Assembly (NCBI RefSeq): GCF_009914755.1
Contig: NC_060925.1
Direction: 5' to 3' (one strand)
Source: the human T2T-CHM13v2.0 reference genome, Homo sapiens
DNA length: 64,000 bases
This document shows, piece after piece, positions 54,331 to 64,000 of the stretch. The notes below the pieces were generated by a model, which saw only the letters and a list, made by a program, of their open reading frames with translations, had not been told where the DNA came from and ran no database searches. How positions within the stretch are numbered: the first letter of the stretch is position 1; each line of letters starts with the position of its first letter. The position numbers were made by a program, and so were the translations under genes.

Positions 54331-54502
54331 GGAAAAGGGAAGGTGGATGGAATTTTCATCTCCCAGACCTTAACTGGATGCATCTCTGACTGAGAAAACG
54401 TTATTGTCCACCGTTGTTCTATAAGATCTGTTTATAAGTCTATTTCCCCATCATAGATAGTAAGTTCCTTGAATGCCCACTGGTCATTCATGTATGCATA
54501 TT

Positions 54503-54583
54503 TGCATTAATTTCCTAGGGCTGCTGTAATGAAGTACTACAAACTGGGTGTCTTAAACAATGATGATTTATTATATCACAGCC
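54503..54583 (-). mobile_element. MLT1B/C LTR 3'-end fragment
   Basis: tgcattaatttcctagggctgctgtaa...caaactgggtgtcttaaacaa...tcacag. Confidence 0.7.
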
Positions 54584-54584
54584 T

Positions 54585-55220
54585 AGAAAAGTCAAAACAT
54601 TTAAGAAAAAGTTAGATATGTCATGAACACATAAAAGATAGGAAGATGCTAGTGTATTTTATTATTTGCTACAGTAAAATATACACACATCTATTATACA
54701 AAGTTAAAATGTATTAAAATTCGAGGACATAAACACTTAAAGCCATACGTGGTGCCATTCACAGTGGGGAGAAATGTAAGCAAACAGAAAGCACCTACTG
54801 TGCTACTATAATAATTTAATGGCCACCTTCTCTTGCTATCGTGATAAGTTCAAATTTTGCAAGGATCTGATTTAAAGGGCCTTTTGCTAATCATCTCCAT
54901 GAGAGTAGTTTGTCTCTCCAGCAAGTTGTATATTACAGCAAAAAGTGGCCTCTCACATGGTTCTTGTATATTTTGCATAGTTCTTGCATATTTTTCATTG
55001 CATTTAGTGCAATACTATAAACTTTGAATAACACCAGGGGACCCATATGAAGCACCACTAGTGATGCTGGAAGTGCTCCCAAGAAGCAGGGAAAAGGCAT
55101 GACATTACAAGAAAACACTGAATTGCTTGATATGTACAGTAGATTGAGGTACACACTTGTGGTTGCCTGTCAGTTTAAGATAAATGAATCCATCATAAGA
55201 ACCACTGTAAAAAAAAAAAT
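54585..55220 (+). mobile_element. Tigger2 fragment including decayed transposase N-terminus
   Basis: From about 55054 it translates TTSDAGSAPKKQGKGMTLQENTELLDMYSRLR...FKINESIIRTTVKK (pogo/CENP-B-type HTH). Confidence 0.8.
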
Positions 55221-55742
55221 AAAAAGAACACACATACATTTAGAAGAGTCATAATGCCTAATACATAGTGTACATTCAATCAATGTTAGCTTGCCAAAAA
55301 AAAAAAAAAATGCAATGGAAGGGCAAACCAAGTACTGTCGTCTAGTGATTTGGAATGTTCTTCCATGAGTTGCCAGAAAATTGACAAGAAGAAATAAGTG
55401 CTTTTCCCTCCAGGAGGAGGTCATTCAGCCCAATTCTAGTTTTTCTCTAAATTGTTAGAGAAATTGTTAGGTGCTTAAAGTTGGGCTTCCCAAATAATTT
55501 CTCCAGAGAGCTGGCACTCAAGCTCAGATTGCACACACTAACCTGTTTTACCAGACTCCCACACCCTATAACAAGTTAGAGTAGCAGGCATGAGATCTCT
55601 CTCCTGAAGCACCCCATGCATCCAACTGTACTCTCATGATTGTAATCCTCTTCAAGGGAAGATAGGATAACAGGAGAGACAATATGCCTCATCTTTCTCA
55701 TCCTCTCCCTGAAAAATTTTTCAATAACGCCCATTTTATGCC

Positions 55743-56164
55743 TGCCTTAGTTTACTAGGGCTGCTGTAACAAAGTACCACAAACTGAATGGCTTAAACAG
55801 CAGAAACTTACTGTCTCACAAATCTGGAAGCTAGAAATCTGAGATAAAGGTGTTGGCAGGGCCAGGCTTCCTTTGAAGATGCTAGGAAAAAATCTGTTCC
55901 AGATCTCTCTCCCAGCTTCTGGAAATTTCTTGGCTTCTGGCAGCATACCTCTAAATTTAACATGGCATTTTCCCTGTGCACAGGTCTCTGTCCAAAATTT
56001 TTCTTTATGTAAAGATATTAGTCATATTATATTAGGACCCACCTTAATGGCTTTATCTTAACTTGATCACCTGCAAAGACCCTATTTCCAAAGGAAGTCG
56101 CACTCACAGGTATGGAGATTAGAACTTCAGCATCTTTTGTGGGGACATAATTTAACTAGTAACA
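55743..56164 (-). mobile_element. MLT1B/MLT1C solo LTR
   Basis: ctagggctgctgtaacaaagtaccacaaactg...ctgcaaagaccctatttccaaa...taaca; TSD atgcc/gtgcc. Confidence 0.87.
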
Positions 56165-56439
56165 GTGCCTATAATGGATGATCTAGTGCATTTTTTTTCC
56201 TTCTACCACCGTTAAACAAGTATTCATCATGGAATATAACCAGGCTAAGAAGAAAAATAGGTATTGAGTCTTGGCTAGTCTATTCCAAATTATTTTCAGT
56301 CCTGACATGGAAGAAGGAATGAAGGAATGATACAAACACAGAAATTATGGAACCAAGACCATTTTTTTTCAATATTTGACTCCCTTCTGTTATAAATGAG
56401 GGTGTTCTTTTATGCCTTCAGGAGCCTAAATGCTGTTGT

Positions 56440-56760
56440 TAGTTTCTATAAATATTTACATATTAAAAATATATTCAGTCACTCTAAGTGCCAGAAGTAC
56501 AAACATGGGTAAGACACGTGCTCTTGAGGTACTCTTATTCTGGCAAGTGAAAGAGTTATAAGATAATTATAACAGTTGTGATTAGTTGCTTACTGGAATT
56601 ATAAATAAAGTATTATTGGAGTACAGAGGAGCAAAATAGTAAACCTATCTAGAATAATAAGAAAAATAATTATGAGCACACAAATATCACTCAGTAAATT
56701 TTGGGATAGAAAAAGCTAATCTTTGAGCATAGCCCTGAAGGATAAGTAAAATTGTATGTG
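56440..56760 (-). mobile_element. L2 fragment
   Basis: taaatatttac...ctaagtgccagaagtacaaacatgggtaagacacgtgctcttgagg. Confidence 0.45.
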
Positions 56761-57599
56761 ATGCAAAACTGGATAATGATGATTGTGCAGTTGAAGAACA
56801 TTAACTACATTAGAAGTTTTGATTATTATATTATTTTATAATATTTAAAACATAGTATAATGTGTCATATAATTTAAAATGTTAAAAAAAGCACATATAT
56901 ACAAAATACACAAGGCTCATGACTGCCCACTTCTAGTCTTGTTCCCAAGAGAAATTTACTTATAATATAATCATCACTATTCATAATGTGACTGATGGTA
57001 ATAATCTTTAAATGTGCTTTTTGATTTATAAACATTAGATATTTTCTCTTAACTCTTGACAATACTAAATGAAGACTTAATTCATTTGCCTGACCCCACA
57101 TCCCCTATTCCCAAAATAGAAATATCATTCTATTGCCAGCTTTACTTATTTTAATTGGCTCACAACCATAGAGAGATTTTCATAGCTTCCCACTTTTGAG
57201 TGATGTTATCAGTACTCCACACTTCCCTTCACTTCTCCTCTCTATTTATATCTCCTAATTTCTGATAGTTGTATTTTTACTTACATATTGTCAAGAATGG
57301 GAATATTTATATTATCTTTTATAAGTACAATCATACTTTCAGTGCTTTGTCTTATAGATTGATTCCAAATGCTAAAAATGCATCAATATCATTTACATTA
57401 TTACAACTATGTAATTATGATTCACTGCAGGGGCAAGTATTTTGATATGAATATATCAGGCTCTCTAAATTTCTAATGCCTTAATCCCTATGCTACTCAA
57501 ATGGGAATGTTCAAATAGATTCTCTACACTTCACTAATTGCTCAAAACCATGCCAATTTAATTCGCTTCATATGTGGATCATGCTTTTCTTGCACTCTT

Positions 57600-58808
57600 T
57601 TTAACTTTTTTAAATTTTAAAATAATTTCAGACTGAGAAGTGTTGAAAAACCAACATTGAGAGCTCACATGTATTGTTCATTTAGCTCTCCTAATGTTAA
57701 CAATTTACATAATCATAATGAAAATTAACATTGTCACAATACTATTCACTAAATTATAGACCTTATTTGAATTTCACCAGTTTTCCCCTGAATGTTCTTT
57801 TTCTTTCCCGGGTTCTAAACTAGGGTCCCACATTTCATTTATTTGTCATGGACTTCTCATCTCAGGCAGCTCCTTAATATTTCTTTGTCTTCCATGACTT
57901 CAAAACTTTCGAAGAGTACTGGTCAGTCATTTTACAGAATGTCTAGCAATTTGAGTGCCTGGTGTTTTCTTGCGAGTAGGTTGTGGTTATGAATGTTTGA
58001 CAAGAATAACACAGAACTCATGTGTGTCCTCACTGACTCTCAGTCAGGGGTACGTAAGGTCAATATGCTTTTATATCAGTGATTTTAACCTAAATCACTT
58101 GTTTAAGATGGTGTTTGGTAAGTTTCAGCACTGTAGAGTTACTGTTTTTTCATTGTAATTGGTAAATATTTTGTAGGAAATCCTTTAAGGCTATGCAAAT
58201 ATTTAATATCTTCTTTAATCTTTAACCATCAATTATGGCATACATCAGTGAATCTTGCTGTAATAGTTAATAATATGGTGTTTGCCTAATGATAGTTTTA
58301 TAGTTCTCTCATTCCTTCTACATTTATTTATTGAAACTGTCTGTATGAGGAAGCTGTCTCTTTTCCCCCTACTTAATTATACATTAATCTATTTTTTTGT
58401 ATTTGTATGGACTCAGGAATGTTTATTTTATGCTATGACTTATCATGTAATGTTATCATTACTTAATTGTTTGCTCAAGTTTTTCCATCTTTGCCCATTA
58501 CTATCTGTTTTTCAGTGAGATGAATGTCTTTTTTACTTGACTTCACTTAAGCACTTTATATTTTGCATAACAAGATGTTCCAGGTACATCTTATATTTCC
58601 CCTGCCCTATAACTGGGATCATTTTTCTTTACAAGGAACTGAGATTCATTTTATTAGAGGATGACATCTAGTAACTAAGATTTGGGCACTAGGTGCTCAT
58701 TGCTGCTAGGTCGTCATGTCTCCAGGCCCTCTCAGCATCTCAATAGAGTAGGAAATGCATGTATTTATACTAACAACTTAGGCATATGCATGTGTATTTA
58801 TTTTTCTC

Positions 58809-58857
<49 letters not shown>

Positions 58858-59100
58858 CAAAAACCATAAACTAATACCAGTACCTCCAATTTCAATCAAT
58901 TTGTTCATTCTAGGATTTGCCTTTGCTTATTTGCAACTAATTCCTCTGAAAAAATCAGCCTGTCATTATCTGTATTTAATTATTTGTCCAGTCCCAGTAT
59001 ACAAATAATTTATGTGCAACATTGCTAACATATGTCCCTATAAGAAATAGACTTATTAACCACAAGACAGGGTTTGTTTTTTAGCCTTACAGTAGCTGCT
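57600..59100 (-). mobile_element. L1MC4-like 3'UTR
   Basis: ttttaaaataatttcagact...aattaacattg...gaagagtactggtcagtcattttacagaatgtc...caagatgttccagg; includes (TCTA)n at 58808-58856. Confidence 0.75.
58808..58856. repeat. (TCTA)n tetranucleotide STR
   Basis: About 11 TCTA units. Confidence 0.95.
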
Positions 59101-59459
59101 ACTATAGGTAACCTATCAATTTTTTTTGTCTTTTAGCCTTAAAGTTGTAGCTACCATAGGTAACCTATCAAAATGCTGTTTTCCAAAGCTGCTTAGGTTA
59201 TATCTTTTATTCCCCATTCCCTTGAGTGTGGTTATAGATTTTTGTTTTGTTTTCTCTGTAATACAGTTAGATATAGTTAAGCTTATTTGCTACCATTTAT
59301 CTTCTACTTTGGTTTCCCCCACATTCTGGTGGATTTTATTTATTTGCTTATTGTGGTATGAGAACCACTACGATCGTTCTAAGAGTCAAAACTATACAAA
59401 AAGGCACACTTCAAAAGACATATCCTTCCTTGCCCATATAATCAGTTCTAATTGCTGTT

Positions 59460-61605
59460 TGTCTGAGTCTATTCCAGCTGCTCAAACAAAGTCCCTTAGA
59501 CTAGTTAATTTATAAACAACAGAAATTTATTGCTGACAGTTTTGGAGTCTGTGAAGTCCAAGATTAAATCACCAGCAGATTCAGTGTCTGGTAAAAGTTT
59601 GTTCTTTTCTTCAAAGATAGTGGCTTGTGGCTGCATCTTCATATGGCAGAAGGGGTGAATAATCTTCCCCAGGCCTCTTTTATAAGGAATCTAATTCCAT
59701 TCTTGAGGGCAGAGCTATCATGACCTAATCACATCCCAAAGACCCCACCTTTTAATATTATCACAATCGGGATTAAGTTTCAGCATATGAATTTGGTGGT
59801 GAGGGACAGTGCACAAACATTCAGACCGTAGCGTTCTGCCCCTAACCCACAAACATTCATGTCCTTCTCAAATGAAAAATACATTCATTCCGTCCCATTA
59901 GCCTCAAAACTTTTGACTCATTTCAGCATCAACTCAGAAGTCTGAAGTCCAGAGTCTTATCTAAATATCATCTAAATCAGACGAGGATGAGATTCAAGGT
60001 ATGATTCATCCTAAGGCAAATTGTTCCCCAGCTGTGAACCTGTAAATCAGACAAGATATATGCTCTTAAAATACAATGAATGGTGGGACGGCCATAAGAT
60101 AAATATGTTCATTCCAAAAGTGAGAAATAGTAAGGAAAAAAGGGCTAACTAGTCCCAGGTAAGTCCAAAACACAACAGGGCAAACAATATTAAATCTTAA
60201 AGCTGGAGAATCATCTCCTTTGAGCCCATGTTCTATCTTTCAGACACAAATCTATCAGGGTTGGGCCCCCATGTCTCTACGCAGCCCTGCCCCCATGGCT
60301 TCGCTGGGTATGGCCCAAGCTGCAGCTCCCATGGGTTGGAGTTACATGCCTGTTGCTCTCCAAGGCTTGAGTTACACATTAGTGGTTCTACCAGTCTAGG
60401 GTTGTGGGGGAGACCCCGTCCCCATGGTTCCATTAGACATTGTCCTAGGAGGAGCACTCTGCAATGACCCTGCCCCTGTAGTAGTTCTCTGTCTACGCTC
60501 TGAAGCTCCCTGGGTCATCCTTTGAAATCTAGATGAAAGTACCATGCCCCCACAGTTCACACATCTTGTGCACACATGAAGATGGTACCATTCAGATACA
60601 ACTGTGGTTTACCATCTGATGTTTTCAGAGGGGCTGCCTGAGTAGAACCTGGAATACTTGAGCCACGGTTGAGGCAGTCAAGGACAGCTGCACTGGAATG
60701 GAGGGAGCGCAAACTTGAAATACTTCTGTCTCCAAAACCCTGGCATTCTGGGCCTGTGATAGACAGGGCAACCCTGGTGATTTCTGAAGTGTTTTCAGGT
60801 CATTCTTTTATTATCTCCAGGCTTCCTTAGCACCTGGTTTCCTTTCATCCATATTAATCTCCTTATCAAAAGTTTACTTGGCCACACTCTTGGTGTTCTC
60901 TCCCAAACATGTTTTCTCATTTTTAACAAGCTGAGAGTTTTCCAAAGCTTTAAGTCCTACTTCCCTTGTAACTATAAATTCCATCTTTAATTAGTTTCTC
61001 TCACATTTTACTATAAGCAGTCAAAAGAGGACATGTTGTATCCTCAACACTTTGCTTAGATTTTTTTTCCATCAAATATCCTATTTAATCACTCATAAAC
61101 TCCTCCTTCCACAAAACGCTAGGACACAAACACAATTCAGCCAAGTTCTTTGTGACTTTATAACAAGGGTTGGTTTTCTTCCAGTTTCCAAAAACATGTT
61201 CCTTATTTCTATCCGGACCTCATCAGAATTGCCTTTACCATCTTTATTTCAACCAACATTCTGTTCATGACGATGTAGATACTGTCTAAGAAGGCTGAGG
61301 TTTTCTCTACAGCTCTCTTCCTAGCCCTCCCTAGAATTTCCCTTTATGATCCGTTCATGGTAATATACGCTTTTTCTAACAAACCTCCAAACTATTTCAG
61401 CCTCTGCTCATTACCCAATTTCAAAGCTGTTTCTACACTTTTAGGTATTTGTTACAGTGGTACTCCACTTCTCAGTACCAGTTTCTGTCTTAGTTCATTT
61501 GGGCGCTATAACAAAAATACCTCAGACTGGGTGAATTCTAAATGATAGAAATTTGTTGCTCACAGTTCTGATGGCTGGGAAGTTCAAGATCAAGGTGCCA
61601 GCAGA
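59460..61605 (-). mobile_element. MLT1A0-type MaLR provirus: complete 3' LTR (59460-59833), internal region (59834-61485), truncated 5' LTR (61486-61605)
   Basis: Two LTR copies share agaaatt...ttgct(g/c)acagtt...aagt(c/t)caagat...ccagcaga; polypurine tract complement ttctgcccct at 59834; PBS-like complement ccacttctcagtacca at 61465-61480. Confidence 0.88.
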
Positions 61606-61787
61606 CCTCTCCTTTCTACTCCTTTTTCATCCAACCCTTATCAGTAATTAATTTCTTCAGTTTTTAGTTGACTCTTCCTGTACTTCTGTTGCACAAGGGA
61701 GCAGGGATATGTATATTTCTTATGTTCTCTTCTGTCTTATAATAATACTAGCATACTATTGATTTTGTTTTGCTTTTTCATTTAATG

Positions 61788-62005
61788 CCTGCATTCCCAG
61801 CAGCTTTGATATTGCCTGCAAGGGGGCAAAAATTGGTTCTTGGAAGATAAAAAATCTTTAAAAAAAATCTTACTCTTTGTATATAACACAGTATATAAAC
61901 AATAGACAGCATATCTATGACAATAAAATTTAATAAAGGGACAATTAGGAAAAATATCTAAAAGGCTTTTTAGGGTACAATAATGAAAAGATTAAAAACC
62001 TCTAA
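61788..62005. mobile_element. MER112 (hAT-Charlie)
   Basis: gatattgcctgcaagggggcaaaaattggttcttgg...aatcttactcttt...attaggaaaaatatctaaaaggct. Confidence 0.7.
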
Positions 62006-62009
62006 TTTA

Positions 62010-64000
62010 ACTTATATTCTGCATATCTAACAAATCAGTAACAGATGTTTTACTCATTTTGTACAGTTGTATAGTACTCCTATTTTGGATGCATCAAAAC
62101 TTATTAGCCACTTATGAATGTATGGACATTTAGGCTGTTTGCAGTATTTTTCAATTAAAATAGTGCTGCAATAAATAACCTGTGCATACATACCTTTGTA
62201 TTATTGCATGTTTCTCCTAAGAGCAAATATTTAGAAATGAGATTGCTGGGTCAAAGGTAAGTGCAAATGTAATTATGTAAAGTACTGCTAACATTTCCTA
62301 ATATTTATACCAGTTTGTATTCCCAACAGCAATGTGTGAGGACTATTTCTCCATGGCATCCCCAACACAAGGTCTTATTGCACTTTGTGAATTTTACAAG
62401 TGTAATTGGAAAAAAAATGGTATCTCAGTATTGCTTTAATTTGTTTTTCTCTAGTTATAAGTAGTTTTGAAAACTTGTTCATGTTTGAGGTGCATTTTAA
62501 TGTTTTTCATGTTTGTGCATGTCTTTTTTTCTAATTTTTCTATTGGGTTTTTGTATTTTTGTCACTTAATTTTTAAAAGTTCTTTATATATGAGAGCTTT
62601 GTATCTGCAATATATGTTGCAAATAGTTTCTCCCAATTTTTCAACTTTTTTAAATGGTGATTTTACAATTATTTGGTTTTGGTAGTCAAATGTATCAATC
62701 TTTCATGTATGGCATCTATGTTGTTTCTCTTTTACCTTTGTATTTTCAATTATTTTTAGAAAGTCTTTCCCTACTTCAAGGTTAAAGGGGAATCCATGCA
62801 TGTTTTCTTCCAGTACTTATATGGTTGTACTTTTAAAAAATCCACTTGCAGTTTATTTTGTGTATGGCAGTGGAAATAAGTCTAATTTTATCTTTTCAAA
62901 ACAAATATTCAGTTGTCCTAGCATCATTTATTAAAAAATCCATCTTTACCTCAGAGATTGGGGATACCACTTTTGTCATACATTAAATTTTTTAGTGTTT
63001 TGAGATCTATTTCTGGACTTTCTATTTTATTTAAATAATCTATTTGTGTATTCATGCCCTGTAGCACACTTTTAATTACAGGGATATGTTTTAATATCTG
63101 ATAGAGCTATTATCCTTTTATAGTTTTTATTTGTCAATGTTTACTATGGTATTCTAATATGCTTGATTTTTCATATGTACTTTAGTATCAAATTCTTTAA
63201 CTCCATAAAATATTGGGTGATATTTTTTGTGATCACTGGTAATTTATATATTAACTTAGTGAAAACTGATATCTTTTTAATGTTGGGTTATCCTTTTCAA
63301 AAATGCTGGATATATTTTCATCAAGTCTAGTTTTTTTTTAGTTTCAAGAGTGTTTATTTTAAAAATTTTGAATAGATATTGTGATTTTAGATTAAATTTA
63401 TTGTTAATATTTAATCTTTTGCTATTTGTAAATGAAGTTTTTGCTAGTATAATGTCATCTAGCTGCTTATTGTTTCTATATGTGAAGGTTATTGATTTTG
63501 TATGTTAATTTTATGCTCATTACTTTTCTAAAGTCATTTATTGTTCTAGCTAATTTTATTATTGATTATCTGTACTATCAGATACACTATCATATATGCA
63601 GATAGTATATCTTATCCATTGTTATTCTGATAATTGATTTCTCTTATTTAATTTCTTTGACTAATACCTCTGGTATAGGGTTGAAAACTAAAGTGCTATT
63701 TGTTGTCATATTTAGTGGTTTTCAGGTTGACTTCTGCAGTGTCTGATATCAGGATCACAATTTCTTTTCTCTTTCTATTTGCATTTTCCTGGCACACTTT
63801 TTTCCCATACCTTTCTGACTTACTTTGTTTTAGGTGTATTTTTTTATGTGCAGCATATTATTGAGTCTTGTTTTGTGGGCCTAAATGGAAATTTTTTTTC
63901 TTAACTAGGTAAGCTAAGCTCATTTGTTTTTATTCATATGACAGATATATTTAATACCAAATCTTATATATCATATAATTATCTTGTTATATCTTTGTGT
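62010..64000 (-). mobile_element. Ancient L1ME-type element (3'UTR/ORF2 remnants)
   Basis: tggacatttaggctgtttgcag...gattgctgggtcaaagg...tcccaacagcaatgt; EN-like remnant at 63720-63950. Confidence 0.7.

Overview
AT-rich, CpG-depleted primate genomic DNA (AluY present, so catarrhine and probably human), intergenic or deep-intronic. More than half of it is recognisable transposable-element sequence. Elements include a near-full-length L1PB with target-site duplication (TSD) at 6.0-12.2 kb, a heavily nested old L1MD-like element at 32.3-42.7 kb, and other L1M/L1MC/L1ME/L1PA pieces. There are also eight Alu loci, ERV1/ERVL/MaLR LTRs (MSTA, MLT2A1+HERVL-int, MER54-like, MER4-group, LTR8, MER34, MLT1A0/B/C, LTR33, THE1B/D, MER21), DNA transposons (Tigger2, Tigger3b, MER5A, MER91, MER112) and L2/MIR relics. 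I could not recognise any intact protein-coding gene, RNA gene or CRISPR-like array. The long ORF-track entries are decayed L1 ORF1/ORF2 or Alu read-throughs. I see no evidence for a wholly new biological system. The most interesting signals are a dense p53-type half-site cluster built from palindromes (23.2-23.3 kb), several non-canonical retrotransposition/repair junctions, a close inverted AluY pair, and LTR-borne CTCF/DUX4 motifs. Subfamily names are recalled from consensus sequences and should be confirmed with RepeatMasker/Dfam.
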